Origin: Crocinitomicaceae bacterium
GTDB lineage: Bacteria > Bacteroidota > Bacteroidia > Flavobacteriales_D > Crocinitomicaceae
Assembly: GCA_030830785.1 (NCBI GenBank)
Contig: JAURMI010000007.1
Coordinates: 49,383 to 113,382 of the forward strand
DNA length: 64,000 bases
Reading direction: 5' to 3'
Shown here: positions 8,001 to 17,941 of the stretch, piece by piece
How positions within the stretch are numbered: position 1 is the first letter of the stretch
Layout: each line of letters begins with the position of its first letter
Position numbers and translations under genes: made by a program
Notes under the pieces: generated by a model
The model's database searches: none
Told to the model about the DNA's origin: nothing
What the model saw: only the letters and a program-made list of their open reading frames with translations

Positions 8001-9412
8001 TCAGTTGAAAATTCACCAACTTGATAGGTTTGCCCTCGATAAGTGTATTCATAAGCTACGGCTAAAACTTCGTCATTGTTCAGGGCAGTATTTAAGGAGA
8101 TATAGCCTAAAAGGGCATTATAAGTAAATTCGTTGTCATTGAGTTTGCGTGCATTTTCAATTTTTTCAAAATCAACCGCTTGATTGAATGGTCCGGGAGA
8201 ATTTACTTGAGAACTTAAGGCTAATACTGCATTTGAAAAACCACGAATCAAAGGTTGATTCGAAGCCCAATCGTAAAGGCCATTTGCTTCATTATCAGGT
8301 AAGTCATCACTAGCGTATGATCCTGGATTGCCTTGGCAGTTGGTTGCTTTGGCCTCTCCCAAATCCGAGAAAGCAACAATATTTCGGGTATTTTCTGTTA
8401 TACTACTGCGGTTAGTTACCCATACCTCGATGCGCGTAATGAAAGTTGTTGAATTAACAACAGGCAAAGTGGCCATTGCACTGTCGTAATGTTGCTGATG
8501 ATAAAGGTTTAAAAAATAGTGTCGATTGGCTTCGTAATTATCTGCGGTAATCTCAAATTTCTGTATCTGTGCTTTTCCAGTTACATTGATTTCGGTCCTT
8601 TTTCCTTTTGATTGAGCAAGAATAAAATCAAAAGTTGAACGGCCAAATTTGAGTTGGGTTTTAAAACCAAAAAGCGTTTGAGAACTCGGGATCAGTGTTG
8701 TTGGTAATTCTAAACTCACTTGTCCTAGTGCAATTTTTTGAAGTATATCATCTTCCTTTCCGGTGCGTTCGAGTTTTGAAATATTTTCAAAATCAAAATT
8801 AGCTCGGGTATTGTACTTCATGTTTACCTTCATGTTGGTCCCAATCTGACCGGTTATGTCCATGTTGATATTTTGATTAAAATCAAAGCGCGTTATATTG
8901 CGCTGGCGCATGGGTAAAATAGGGTTGTCAACCCTAGAATGATTGGCACCTAATGATATTTCGAGATTACCACCTGGCGTAATAGTGATTTCATCAGATC
9001 CAAAAAAACTTTCAAATGCTTTAGACCCTATTTTTATAGGTAATTCGAAGGTTCTATTTTCAGCACTTTCTTCAGCTACAATTTCTTTCCAATCTAGACT
9101 AAAACTTTTTTTCTGTTCATACTTCAGGTACTCCTCTAGAGTCATGGCTTGCGGAGGCCTAAAATAAGTGTCCTTCCCCATGATATCGCGAAACACAAAT
9201 GTGCCCGTTTCTGGGTCGTAAACAATGGTTTGATTCAAATTCGTGGGATCACCTAAATCGAAACTTTGTGGTAAATTTTGAAATGGATTGAGGGGATTAA
9301 TAATTGGAAAAGGCAAAGATGGGGTTTGTCCATAGGCTTTTTCACTAGTGAATAACACTATTGATAGCAGCAAGCCTAAGCAGAAGTATTTATGCCTTTT
9401 AAATAATTGCAC
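2096..9412 (-). CDS. sprA: Type IX secretion system outer-membrane translocon SprA
   Basis: 2438 aa with signal peptide, LMMKNVY, SYIDDFE, DFRSIRFMRM, WVNEMRL motifs; directly downstream of ruvA; GTG start. Confidence 0.96.
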   Translation of the reverse strand: MQLFKRHKYFCLGLLLSIVLFTSEKAYGQTPSLPFPIINPLNPFQNLPQSFDLGDPTNLNQTIVYDPETGTFVFRDIMGKDTYFRPPQAMTLEEYLKYEQKKSFSLDWKEIVAEESAENRTFELPIKIGSKAFESFFGSDEITITPGGNLEISLGANHSRVDNPILPMRQRNITRFDFNQNINMDITGQIGTNMKVNMKYNTRANFDFENISKLERTGKEDDILQKIALGQVSLELPTTLIPSSQTLFGFKTQLKFGRSTFDFILAQSKGKRTEINVTGKAQIQKFEITADNYEANRHYFLNLYHQQHYDSAMATLPVVNSTTFITRIEVWVTNRSSITENTRNIVAFSDLGEAKATNCQGNPGSYASDDLPDNEANGLYDWASNQPLIRGFSNAVLALSSQVNSPGPFNQAVDFEKIENARKLNDNEFTYNALLGYISLNTALNNDEVLAVAYEYTYRGQTYQVGEFSTDGASGQEALILKLIKPTITNPKNKIWDLMMKNVYSIGAYQVDQLGFKIDIYYNNRETSVLQPFLPFDGIDKKQIVTLLEMDKINQNNQPFSDGVFDFAPFNIVGNKIDNGGTINRKNGRIFFTTVEPFGKTLGQKLTQAGVPAIYVDQLSYTELYDSTKTAAQQIPSKNRFVFKGEFQSSISSEIPLNVMNIPPGAVVVTAGGMRLVEGVDYTVDYAFSRVKILNTGILESNTPIKISIESNSVFGFQARSMMGGRYQYRINDKFKVGATWLRMMERPVTQKVDFGSEPFKNNVLGADFSFITDVPILTKLVDLLPVISTNTMSTLSMSGEFATLKPGQPKAINKEGTSYIDDFEASQSAIDLKNIAAWRLASIPQGQTDLFPEASKKDLSAGYRRAKLAWYTIDPVFYQSNQLTPTHIKQDPTMLYDSRMRLIQMTDIFPNLQLQYGSISNINVLDLAYYPSERGMYNYDTTATVDSLGNFINPDERWGGIMRGLSTNDFELANIEFIQFWLLDPFNQDAENENPNSPMTGGDLYFNLGNISEDILPDSRKSFEHGLPANADPILLDNIDTTIWGRVSTQQVVVNAFANDPAARIKQDVGLDGWDNTDERQSYAAYVSWVQNNNTLSAATKARMIGDPSTDDYNYYLDDNYDAALLNILERYKRYNGLQGNSPTTEMSDTANALGYPTIASNFPDIEDINQDNNLSESEAYFQYKVSLRPSDMQNVGSNYITNKQVYQNGAKTETWYQFKVPIRDFEKRINGIQDFRSIRFMRMYLKGFDEPVVLRFARLEFVRGEWRRYFQDLTQPGMSVQTDPNLTTFNIAALNIEENAQRQPINYVVPPGIVREIDPSQVYQRQMNEQSLVLEICNLQDGDARAAYRNVQFDVRTYKKLKMFVHAESVVQNQLKDDELTVFVRLGTDYVDNYYEYEMPMKVTDWGVTNPDLIWPSANNIEIEFAKLLDLKMERNAKLEQGVPGVSSVVEYQTEDPNNPTNHIKVKGSPNLQGIKTIMIGVRNPSKSDPNNTWGPDNGESECVNVWVNEMRLTDFVSDGGSAAVGQMQLQLADFATVQAAGNYSGINWGSIDSRVQDRQRNQRMGADISTTMQLGQFFGKQARVSLPFYYGYSIGVINPEYDPFNPDIKLSNYDLATRKERMRLGQDFTERRSYNFTNVRKEAKAGTKPQFWSISNWSATYAFAENMKRDFNIKSDMTRTWTGALNYNYTFAGKPWEPFKKWQPAQKNPWLKPIKDFNLFYLPKNITFTNDYSRIYNERQVRNIIVPDYDFDPIYLKRFDWNRNYQVGYDLTKAFKTTFTANNHSIFEEGNHGVDRRTNPEGYQEFLDTLRSQMNTFGRTMDYTHNYSLSYTLPFDKLPVTSWLSSNLKYAGTYNWQRAPLGQSEFGNTIQNSRSINMTAQGNLVTLYNKIPFFKRVLADGRSVRSTAARSSSRGGGPSRGGQPAKPEFKPKKPIEEMTEKERIQYERQLARFERKQAREEERKAKESEPVNPVLGTLARLVMSVRSISGTYTLSDGTMLPGFNQESSVLGMNANTLGLTPFVFGKQAFDIYGRETGYHIGEFARDNNWLVFNENLNKQFMINHTANLQLKATLEPFKDLNINLNLSRNYSTQAGEFFRWNPITSEFENQSRFESSTLTYTTLSWGTAFVKMDSSFRSPIFQQMINNSQQVSQLIGASNANSSSLPNGFYEGYSLTQQEVLIGSFLTAYTNSAINSQTINPRSSLPMPNWTINYAGLSKFAFAKDVVKSFKLNHGYNSSISVNGMQTNLNATLDANGAPTAYDLNNNFISQMQVQNITITERFSPLIGMLATWKIGGKNITTNFEYKKDRQATLSLNNNQVTETLGQEIVVGTVVNVPKLKLVRSVDASDLLINVNFSFRDNATVIRKVVENTNMATAGQTTVSFKLDANYKLNEYLSAIFYYEQFINTPKVSLSYPTGNLKTGVTLRFDLNGLK

Positions 9413-9414
9413 AG

Positions 9415-9990
9415 TTATAGTAATCTTAACGCTTCTTTGATCAGTTGTTCAACAGTTTGGTTATCAGAATCAATTTTTTCCAATACTTTTTCTGCTGATT
9501 TTTTATCAAAACCAAGCGAAACCAAAGCAATTAACGCATCAAATCGATTTGTATTGTTTGATGAGAAAAGATTCTCTGAACCTAAGTCCATTTTAGCAAC
9601 TTTTCCTTTTAAATCAATTATCACACGCTGTGCAGTCTTGGATCCGATACCTTTGATTTTTTGGATGCTTGCAACATCTTCATTGAGTATTGCCTGAGCA
9701 ATTTCTTCAGGAGTCATTGAGGAGAGCATTATAATTGCAGTATTTGGTCCTATACCTGAGACACTGATCAAGTATTGGAACATCTCCCTTTCTTCCTTAC
9801 TCGAGAAACCATACAGAATGTGTGCATCCTCTCGAACAATTAATTTAGTGTGCAATGTTATGGCTTCATCTTGAGGTAAACTCGAAAATGTATTTAAGGA
9901 GATTTTTACCTCGTATCCTACACCAGCACACTCAATGAGCAAGTTTGTAGGATTTTTTTCAATTAACCGTCCGTTTAGTCTTGCAATCAT
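9415..9990 (-). CDS. ruvA: Holliday junction branch migration protein RuvA
   Basis: GVGYEV, REDAHILYGF, VSGIGP, KGIGSKTAQR HhH motifs. Confidence 0.97.
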   Translation of the reverse strand: MIARLNGRLIEKNPTNLLIECAGVGYEVKISLNTFSSLPQDEAITLHTKLIVREDAHILYGFSSKEEREMFQYLISVSGIGPNTAIIMLSSMTPEEIAQAILNEDVASIQKIKGIGSKTAQRVIIDLKGKVAKMDLGSENLFSSNNTNRFDALIALVSLGFDKKSAEKVLEKIDSDNQTVEQLIKEALRLL

Positions 9991-12257
9991 TTATCCTGGC
10001 TTTGAGCATCAATAACTGCAATTTTAATCATGCTTGTAATTTCTCGAACACTTGCGCCGAGCTGCAGAACGTGCAAAGATTTGCGCATTCCAATGAGAAT
10101 TGGTCCGATCGCATCTAATTCATTGGTGGATTGGAGTAATTTATAGGCAATATTTCCTGCAGACAAATTTGGGAAAATCAGGGTGTTTACCTCCTTATTG
10201 GCCAAAAATGAAAAGGGGAATTTTTCATTCATGAGTTCGCCATTAAGCGCAAAATTTGCTTGCATTTCTCCATCGACAACCAAATTTGGTTGAGTTTCAT
10301 GTAAAATACGAACCGCTTTAGACATTTTATCTGGATCGGCTCCAGGAGAAGATCCAAAGTTGGAGTAGCTTAATAGAGCAATCCTAGGTTGTAATTTAAG
10401 TCGGCGTATGAACTTCGCAACATTGACGGTAATTTCTGCTATTTGCTCAGCACTTGGGTTAAGATTAACGGTAGTGTCAGCTAGAAAAAGAGGTCCTTTT
10501 TTTGTATTGAGAATGTACATTCCAGCAATCGTATTGACATCTTTTTGCAAACCAATTGTGCTTATTGCGGGCCTAAGTATTGATCGGTAACTGCGCGTAA
10601 GCCCTGTGACCATTGCGTCGGCTTGGCCCATATGAATCATCATGGCTCCAAAATAATTGCGCTCGCGCATTAGACTGATAGCTTCGTATTCGGTAATACC
10701 TTTGCGTTTGCGAAGTTCAAAATACTCATTGCCAAATTCATTGCGCCGATTTTCCTCTTCATCGGATTTGCAATCTATGATTTGAGCATCCGGAATTTCG
10801 ATTCCATACTCATTCATCAAATCGATAATGCGTTGTTTTTTTCCTAGTAGTATAATACTCGCCACCCCTTCCTCATAGGCTTGTTGTGCAGCTTTTAGTA
10901 TTTTAATGTTGTCTCCTTCCGGGAAAACAACAGTTTTTGGATTTCCCTGAGCCTTAGAAGTGATGTTTCGTTGTAATTTATTATCCAGACCCAATCTACT
11001 TTTAAGCTGATTTTCATAGTCTTCCCAGTTTTCTATTGGCTCTTGGGCAACACCTGATTCCATTGCTGCTCTAGCTACTGCAGGAGCAACATAATAAATG
11101 AGGCGTGGATCAAGGGGCTTTGGAATAATTTGTTCGCGGCCAAAAGAAATGTTTTTACCCCCATAGGCTTCAATTACTTCTTCTGGAATTGTTTCTTTGG
11201 CAAGTGCTGCAATTGCTTTAACCGCTGCAAGTTTCATTTCTTCATTTATGGTAGTGGCACGAACATCCAATGATCCTCTGAAAATATAAGGGAAGCCCAA
11301 TACATTATTGACCTGGTTGGGATGATCAGAGCGACCGGTTGCCATAATTATATCCTTGCGAACCGACGTTGCTTCTTTATATGAAATTTCTGGTTCTGGA
11401 TTTGCCAATGCAAAAACAATCGGGTTTTTAGACATAGAGGCAATCATTTCTTTGCTTACCAAACCCGCTTTTGACAAGCCTAAAAAGACATCTGCTCCTT
11501 TAAAAGCAGCCTCGAAGGCTACATCTTTTTTTTGAGTAGCAAAAATCTGCTTTATTTCATCGAGGTCAGTTCGTCCCGTATGAATAAGCCCATGAGAGTC
11601 ATACATGAATACATTTTCAGGTTTTACACCAAGGCGCTTATACAGTTGAATACATGAAACAGCTGCAGCACCGGCACCTGAGACTACAATTTTGATTTTA
11701 TCAATTTTTTTATGCGCGAGTTCTAAAGCATTGAGAAGTGCAGCAGCGCTAATGATGGCAGTTCCGTGCTGGTCGTCATGCATTATTGGAATGGTAAGCT
11801 CTTCCTTAAGTCTTCTTTCAATTTCAAATGCTTCAGGTGCTTTAATATCCTCCAAATTGATTCCTCCAAATGTTGGAGCAATGGCTTTTACTGTCTGAAT
11901 GAAATGTTCGGGATCTTTTGCATCTACCTCAATATCAAAAACATCTATATCTGCAAATATTTTGAAGAGTAGACCTTTGCCTTCCATAACGGGTTTTGAT
12001 GCTTCTGGACCTATGTCACCGAGTCCAAGGACAGCCGTGCCGTTTGTTATTACTGCTACTAAATTGCGTTTAGCCGTGTAGTCGTAAACGGCTGCTTTGT
12101 TTTCGGCGATTTTTAAACATGGCTCAGCTACACCAGGAGAATATGCTAATGAAAGGTCCCTTTGGGAAGCATATGGCTTGGTTGGAATAACTTCAATTTT
12201 TCCTGGTCGACCAGATGAGTGGTAATCCAAAGCATCTTGCTTCTTGATTTTTGACAT
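9987..12257 (-). CDS. maeB: NADP-dependent malic enzyme with C-terminal phosphotransacetylase-like domain
   Basis: [39 protein letters not shown]; 756 aa fusion. Confidence 0.96.
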   Translation of the reverse strand: MSKIKKQDALDYHSSGRPGKIEVIPTKPYASQRDLSLAYSPGVAEPCLKIAENKAAVYDYTAKRNLVAVITNGTAVLGLGDIGPEASKPVMEGKGLLFKIFADIDVFDIEVDAKDPEHFIQTVKAIAPTFGGINLEDIKAPEAFEIERRLKEELTIPIMHDDQHGTAIISAAALLNALELAHKKIDKIKIVVSGAGAAAVSCIQLYKRLGVKPENVFMYDSHGLIHTGRTDLDEIKQIFATQKKDVAFEAAFKGADVFLGLSKAGLVSKEMIASMSKNPIVFALANPEPEISYKEATSVRKDIIMATGRSDHPNQVNNVLGFPYIFRGSLDVRATTINEEMKLAAVKAIAALAKETIPEEVIEAYGGKNISFGREQIIPKPLDPRLIYYVAPAVARAAMESGVAQEPIENWEDYENQLKSRLGLDNKLQRNITSKAQGNPKTVVFPEGDNIKILKAAQQAYEEGVASIILLGKKQRIIDLMNEYGIEIPDAQIIDCKSDEEENRRNEFGNEYFELRKRKGITEYEAISLMRERNYFGAMMIHMGQADAMVTGLTRSYRSILRPAISTIGLQKDVNTIAGMYILNTKKGPLFLADTTVNLNPSAEQIAEITVNVAKFIRRLKLQPRIALLSYSNFGSSPGADPDKMSKAVRILHETQPNLVVDGEMQANFALNGELMNEKFPFSFLANKEVNTLIFPNLSAGNIAYKLLQSTNELDAIGPILIGMRKSLHVLQLGASVREITSMIKIAVIDAQSQDK

Positions 12258-12280
12258 TGTAGGTGCAAATTATTGAACAG

Positions 12281-12288
12281 CAAATATA
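12281..12288 (-). promoter_or_regulatory. -7 element TATATTTG upstream of maeB-ruvA-sprA
   Basis: Exact TAnnTTTG match. Confidence 0.65.
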
Positions 12289-12360
12289 CGAAAACCAATC
12301 TTATTCAAACTAAGTAAAAAAGCCAAAGCAAGCCTTGAACAAGCAATATTTTGACCCGTA

Positions 12361-13626
12361 CTATAAGCCTAATAAAATTTGCATTGGGTCTTTTGAACCA
12401 AATAGCATGCGCTCCGGATTTTCAAGCATTTCTTTGACTTTAACCAAGAAGCCCACAGATTCTTTGCCATCTATGATTCTGTGGTCATAGGAAAGCGCAA
12501 CAAACATTATTGGTCTGATTTGAACTTGGCCATTTATTGCAACTGGACGCTCAACAACATTGTGCATTCCAAGAATTGCAGATTGTGGTGGATTAATAAT
12601 AGGTGTTGATAGCATAGAGCCAAAAACCCCTCCGTTTGTAATTGTAAAGGTGCCGCCAGTCATGTCTTCTGGAGTAATTTTCCCATCTCTTGCTTTGACA
12701 GCTAATCGTTTAATTTCACGCTCTATTTCTGCCAAACTCATCTGTTCAGCATTGCGCACTACGGGCACCATTAACCCTTTAGGAGATGAAACTGCAATTC
12801 CAATATCGGCATAATCGTGCATTACCATTTCATTGCCATCAATCTGGGCATTTACTGCTGGATAAAGTTTAAGTGCTTCAGTAACTGCTTTGGTAAAAAA
12901 AGACATAAAACCGAGATTTACCTCATGTTGTTTAGCAAATGCTTCTTTATATTTGGAGCGGATATCCATAATAGGTTTCATATCTACTTCATTGAATGTA
13001 GTAAGCATTGCCGTTTCATTCTTAACGGCTACCAAACGCTCAGCAATTTTTCGGCGAAGCATCGACATCTTTTCTCGATGTTGATCTCTTGTGCCTCCCC
13101 ATCCTTGAGCAGCTTCTGCAGAAAATCCACCTGAAAGTGCAGCAATTACGTCTTGTTTTGTAATTCGGCCATCTTTCCCTGAGGCTTTCACTTGATTAAT
13201 GTTCAGATTATTTTCTTTGAGCATTTTGGCAGCAGCAGGCGATGGGGTCCCAGATGCATAATTCGATGCTTTAATTGGATCTGGATTTGGCGTGGGCAAT
13301 TGAGGCTTTTCTTGAATTGCAGCAGCCTCTTTGTTTTCAGGCGCTTTCTCTTCAGTTATTTGGGAAGGACTTTTTTCTTTTGCAGCTGCACTTGTATCGA
13401 TGAGGCATACAACTTGTCCTACTTTTACTGTTTCACCTTCAGCAGCTTTCAAAGTAATAATTCCACTTTCTTCAGCGGGCAACTCGAGGGTAGCTTTATC
13501 TGAATCAACCTCTGCAATTGCCTGATCTTTTTCTACATAATCGCCATCGGCAACAAGCCAAGCAGCTATTTCAACTTCTGATATTGATTCTCCCGGACTC
13601 GGAACTTTCATTTCTAATAGTGACAT
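12361..13626 (-). CDS. sucB: 2-oxoglutarate dehydrogenase E2, dihydrolipoyllysine succinyltransferase
   Basis: Lipoyl domain DSDKA, E3-binding domain, YDHRIIDG; start moved to ATG 13626 (MSLLEMKVP) to avoid overlap with sucA. Confidence 0.96.
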   Translation of the reverse strand: MSLLEMKVPSPGESISEVEIAAWLVADGDYVEKDQAIAEVDSDKATLELPAEESGIITLKAAEGETVKVGQVVCLIDTSAAAKEKSPSQITEEKAPENKEAAAIQEKPQLPTPNPDPIKASNYASGTPSPAAAKMLKENNLNINQVKASGKDGRITKQDVIAALSGGFSAEAAQGWGGTRDQHREKMSMLRRKIAERLVAVKNETAMLTTFNEVDMKPIMDIRSKYKEAFAKQHEVNLGFMSFFTKAVTEALKLYPAVNAQIDGNEMVMHDYADIGIAVSSPKGLMVPVVRNAEQMSLAEIEREIKRLAVKARDGKITPEDMTGGTFTITNGGVFGSMLSTPIINPPQSAILGMHNVVERPVAINGQVQIRPIMFVALSYDHRIIDGKESVGFLVKVKEMLENPERMLFGSKDPMQILLGL

Positions 13627-13642
13627 GCGATTTGATTTAAAA

Positions 13643-16351
13643 TTATTTTGCAAATGCAAATATTTCTGTAAATAGTTTATTCAAACGGATTTCGTGTAAT
13701 TTTTTAGATCCTTCAGCACTAGCTGCACTTGCAGGTCTACATACGCCTTGAAGGGGGATGTGCCTTAAGTTCATGGCGATATGCGCCCAAGCACCCATAT
13801 TTGCCGGCTCTTCTTGGGCCCAAAGAATATTTTTTGGTTTATATTTCTTCAGGATGGCATCTATTTGCTTGTTTGCTAGTGGATAGAGTTGTTCAATACG
13901 CACAAAAGCCATATTCTCAACATTTAAATCTTCTGCTTTGGCTTTCAATTCGTAATAAAATTTTCCGCTACAAAATACTACAGTTGTTATCTTCTTGGCA
14001 TCAGCATTAGGATCGTCAATTACTTCTTTAAAGTGCCCTTTTTCCATTTCTTCGAGGCTTGAAGTTGCATCCGGATAACGCAGCAACATTTTTGGTGAAA
14101 ATACGATGAGTGGTTTTCGAAAATCTCTTTTAATTTGACGTCGTAAAAGGTGAAAGTGATTTGCAGGTGTCGAAGTATTGACAATTTGCATGTTTAAATC
14201 TGCACATTGTTGCAAAAAGCGCTCTAAGCGACCACTCGAATGTTCGGCTCCTTGGCCTTCATATCCATGTGGTAAAAGCATGACGAGTCCGCTTTGGGTG
14301 GCCCATTTGTCTTCGCCTGCCGAAATAAATTGATCTACAACAATTTGCGCGCCATTGAAGAAGTCACCAAATTGCGCTTCCCAAATTGTTAATCCTGTTG
14401 GATGAGCTAAGGAATAGCCATATTCAAAACCTAAAACACCATATTCAGATAATAAAGAATTATAGATGCTAAAAGCTGCTTGATCGGCAGAAAGTTGATT
14501 GAGGGTGAGAATTTTTTCTTCAGTATCTTCAGTTTTTACAACTGCATGTCTATGAGAAAAGGTGCCTCGTTCTACATCCTGTCCTGAGATTCGTACCGCA
14601 TGTCCTTCATCTAGAAGAGTAGCATATGCTAACATTTCTGCTGCGCCCCAATCTAGGTGATTGTTTTCAATAGAGGAGAGGCGGTCTTCAAAAATTTTAG
14701 CAATTTTTCTAAAATACTTTTTATTCTCGGGCAAGCTAGCAAGCTTGCGTCCTAAGGCCAACAATTGTTTTTTGTCAATACCTGTTTGAGGTGAATTTTC
14801 GAAATCTGCTTCAGTTCCATGCCTGAAGTCTTTCCAAGTCATGCTTAAAAAGTCATAAACAAGGGCTTTTTCTCTACTTCTAGAAGCCTCGAATTCTTCT
14901 TCGAGAAATTGCTGATACTCGGTTTCAATTAGTTTAGCTTCTTCGGTGCTAATGAGCGATTCTCGTGTGAGCTGTTCTAAATAAATATCACGCGGGTTAG
15001 GGTGTTTGGCTATGATATTGTACAACTTGGGTTGCGTAAATTTTGGTTCGTCACCTTCGTTGTGGCCATATTTGCGGTAACATAATAAATCTATAAAGAT
15101 ATCTCTATGAAAGGCTTGACGATATTCCATTGCAATCTCAATAGTTGTTACAATGGCCTCTATATCGTCGCCATTTACATGGAAAACAGGGCAGAGCGTC
15201 GTTTTAGCAACATCAGTGCAATAGGTCGAAGTTCGGCCGTCTAGGTAATTGGTGGTAAAACCAACTTGATTATTGACAACGATGTGGATCGTACCGCCAG
15301 TCCGATATCCATCGAGGCCAGCCATTTGAATCGTTTCATAAACGATGCCTTGTCCTGCGATAGCCGCATCACCATGTATTAAAACTGGGCAAACTTTTTC
15401 TTCTGAATGATAAACATGATCGATTTTTGCTCTTGCAATACCTTCAACGACTGTATTTACTGCTTCAAGATGGGATGGATTTGGGGCCAATGTAAGCCCA
15501 ATTTCAGCGCCGTTTTCGAGTTGAATATAGGAAGTAAAACCCTGATGGTACTTGACATCTCCATCAAAAGTGGTCGCGTAGTCAAATTCTTTTCCTTCAA
15601 ATTCTCTAAAAATGTCTCTTGGACGTTTTTCAAAAATATTGGCAAGGGTGTTTAGTCGGCCTCTGTGTGCCATACCCATGACAAAATATTCAACTCCTAA
15701 AGCGGATCCTTTGGAGACCAAAGTATCGAGTGCTGGTATAAGACCTTCCCCTCCTTCAATTGAAAAACGCTTTTGTCCAACGAATTTTTTTCCTAAAAAT
15801 GCTTCAAAACCAGTTGCTTGATTGAGTTTTTCGAATAATTTTTTCTTGCGAATTGGGTCAAACATAGGCCTATTGCTCAATTCAATTTTGTTTCGAAACC
15901 AGTCAATGCGTTCAGGATCACGCATGTACATGTATTCAATTCCTATTGACTGACAATAAGTAAGTTCGAGGTGAGCAATAATATCAGATAATTTGGCAGC
16001 GCCAATCCCAATTTGTTCCCCTGCCTGAAAAACCTCCTTGAGATCTGCCTCTTGAAGTCCGAAATGAGTAAAATCTAAATTAGGTGTGTGTTTGCGACGC
16101 TCGCGAACAGGATTGGTTTTAGTAAAAAGGTGCCCCCGTGAGCGATAGGCATTGATCAAATTGATCACGCTGAATTCCTTTAAAAAATTCTCTGGAATTT
16201 GGCCTTGTTCAAAATTGGTTTGAGCAAACTCAAATCCTTCAAAAAACTTAACCCATCCTATATCAACATTACTTGGGTTTTCCCGGTATTGTTGGTAGAG
16301 ATGTTCAATGGCGGCAACATCTGCATTGCCCACATAAGAAACTTTATCCAT
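13643..16351 (-). CDS. sucA: 2-oxoglutarate dehydrogenase E1
   Basis: [37 protein letters not shown]. Confidence 0.97.
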   Translation of the reverse strand: MDKVSYVGNADVAAIEHLYQQYRENPSNVDIGWVKFFEGFEFAQTNFEQGQIPENFLKEFSVINLINAYRSRGHLFTKTNPVRERRKHTPNLDFTHFGLQEADLKEVFQAGEQIGIGAAKLSDIIAHLELTYCQSIGIEYMYMRDPERIDWFRNKIELSNRPMFDPIRKKKLFEKLNQATGFEAFLGKKFVGQKRFSIEGGEGLIPALDTLVSKGSALGVEYFVMGMAHRGRLNTLANIFEKRPRDIFREFEGKEFDYATTFDGDVKYHQGFTSYIQLENGAEIGLTLAPNPSHLEAVNTVVEGIARAKIDHVYHSEEKVCPVLIHGDAAIAGQGIVYETIQMAGLDGYRTGGTIHIVVNNQVGFTTNYLDGRTSTYCTDVAKTTLCPVFHVNGDDIEAIVTTIEIAMEYRQAFHRDIFIDLLCYRKYGHNEGDEPKFTQPKLYNIIAKHPNPRDIYLEQLTRESLISTEEAKLIETEYQQFLEEEFEASRSREKALVYDFLSMTWKDFRHGTEADFENSPQTGIDKKQLLALGRKLASLPENKKYFRKIAKIFEDRLSSIENNHLDWGAAEMLAYATLLDEGHAVRISGQDVERGTFSHRHAVVKTEDTEEKILTLNQLSADQAAFSIYNSLLSEYGVLGFEYGYSLAHPTGLTIWEAQFGDFFNGAQIVVDQFISAGEDKWATQSGLVMLLPHGYEGQGAEHSSGRLERFLQQCADLNMQIVNTSTPANHFHLLRRQIKRDFRKPLIVFSPKMLLRYPDATSSLEEMEKGHFKEVIDDPNADAKKITTVVFCSGKFYYELKAKAEDLNVENMAFVRIEQLYPLANKQIDAILKKYKPKNILWAQEEPANMGAWAHIAMNLRHIPLQGVCRPASAASAEGSKKLHEIRLNKLFTEIFAFAK

Positions 16352-16371
16352 TTTGATAATAATATGCTTTA

Positions 16372-16379
16372 CAAAATTA
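16372..16379 (-). promoter_or_regulatory. -7 element TAATTTTG upstream of sucA
   Basis: Exact TAnnTTTG match about 20 nt before the ATG. Confidence 0.6.
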
Positions 16380-16474
16380 TAATCAATTGTTAAGCGCCGG
16401 AAGAATTTTATAGGCCTGAATTAAATTGATTTTCTACTGAATGAACAAAGCAAATTTCACGGCGTTTTAGGATT

Positions 16475-17938
16475 ATGGAAAAAGCAATTTGTTTGGTGTT
16501 CCCGCATCAGCTTTTTGAGTTTCACCCTGCCTTTGGGAGGGTTGAATGCTTTTGGCTTATCGAGGACGAACTCTATTTTAAGCAGTTGCCCTTTCACCGT
16601 AAGAAATTGGCTTTTCATCGTGCATCCATGAGTTACTACGCAGAAAAATTGCGTAGTAAAGGTGAGAAAATTCAATATTTTACACACAACAATGCCTTGT
16701 TGAGGGATATTTTTGAAAGTTTGGGAAAATTAAATACTCGAGAAATTCATATTGTAGACCCCTCCGATTTTTTACTTGAGAAACGACTGAGGCGCTTTGC
16801 CAAATTCTTTCAGATCTCAATTGTTTGGTATGAAAACCCATCGTTTTACAATACGCCAAGTATTAACGAGCAATTGTTGGGCAAAGCTCCTAAGAGGTAC
16901 TTTATGGCGGATTTTTATAAAAAACAGCGTCAGCGTTTAGGTATTCTTTTAATGCCAAATGGTGAGCCAGAAGGTGGTCGATGGAGTTTTGATACTGATA
17001 ATAGAAAAGCGCTTCCCAAAGATTTGATCATGGCAAAAAGCCCAGTTTTCAGAAGTTCCTGGTCGGTGTGTGCAGAATCTGAAATTAGTCAGGAATTTCC
17101 CGAAAACCCTGGATCAGTTGCGCTTTTGGACTATCCTGTAACACACTCAGAAGCCAAAGAGGCATTGCACCACTTTTTAGAAAACAAGCTTTCTAGGTTT
17201 GGTCCGTATCAAGATGCTTTTAGTACGGAATCAACCTTTGTTTTTCATTCCAATTTATCTACTGCATTAAATGCTGGCCTCTTAGTTCCAAGCCAAGTTG
17301 TAGAAGCTGTTTTACTTACCTATCAAAAAGGAAATATTACTATTCAAAGCGTTGAAGGCTTTATTCGTCAGGTAATTGGTTGGCGAGAGTTCGTGCGAGC
17401 AGTTTATCAGAAAGTAGGGGTAAAGCAACGTACTAGTAATGCTTTAGCACATTCGGCCAAACTTGATTGGAATGCCTTGGGAGCACTTCCATTTTTAATT
17501 GAAACACGAAATAAAATCCAAGAATTTGCATATGCCCATCACATAGAGCGTTTAATGTTATTAGGAAATTTCTTCTTTTTGTCAGAAATCCATCCAGACG
17601 AGGTTTATCGCTTCTTTATGGCGAATTTTATGGACGCGTATGATTGGGTAATGGTTCCAAATGTTTATGGAATGAGTCAATTTGCCGATGGTGGATTGAT
17701 GACTACCAAGCCCTATTTTTCAAGTTCTAATTACCTAAAGAATCAAGGTTTTAAAATGGATAAATTGAGTGCGGCGCTTTTTGATGCCTTGTTTTGGCAT
17801 TTCGTAGACAAACATCAAGACCGCTTACGAAAAAATATAAGAACTTCACAAATGGTGGCTAATTGGATGAGAATGGCACCTGAAAAAAAAGCGGCCCACT
17901 TAACGAGGGCCGCAACATATTTTTCAAAAACTGATTAA
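16475..17938 (+). CDS. Cryptochrome/photolyase family protein, bacterial (6-4) photolyase (PhrB/CryB)-like
   Basis: FPHQLF, HRKKLAFHRASM, GGRWSFDTDNR, FGPYQDA, EGFIRQVIGWREF, YAHHIERLM, DAYDWVM, TKPY. Confidence 0.9.
   Translation: MEKAICLVFPHQLFEFHPAFGRVECFWLIEDELYFKQLPFHRKKLAFHRASMSYYAEKLRSKGEKIQYFTHNNALLRDIFESLGKLNTREIHIVDPSDFLLEKRLRRFAKFFQISIVWYENPSFYNTPSINEQLLGKAPKRYFMADFYKKQRQRLGILLMPNGEPEGGRWSFDTDNRKALPKDLIMAKSPVFRSSWSVCAESEISQEFPENPGSVALLDYPVTHSEAKEALHHFLENKLSRFGPYQDAFSTESTFVFHSNLSTALNAGLLVPSQVVEAVLLTYQKGNITIQSVEGFIRQVIGWREFVRAVYQKVGVKQRTSNALAHSAKLDWNALGALPFLIETRNKIQEFAYAHHIERLMLLGNFFFLSEIHPDEVYRFFMANFMDAYDWVMVPNVYGMSQFADGGLMTTKPYFSSSNYLKNQGFKMDKLSAALFDALFWHFVDKHQDRLRKNIRTSQMVANWMRMAPEKKAAHLTRAATYFSKTD
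17883..17913 (-). terminator. Intrinsic terminator for the protease gene, embedded in the photolyase CDS
   Basis: Minus strand GCGGCCC-9 nt loop-GGGCCGC followed by U8, about 30 nt after the protease stop. Confidence 0.75.
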
Positions 17939-17941
17939 TCT

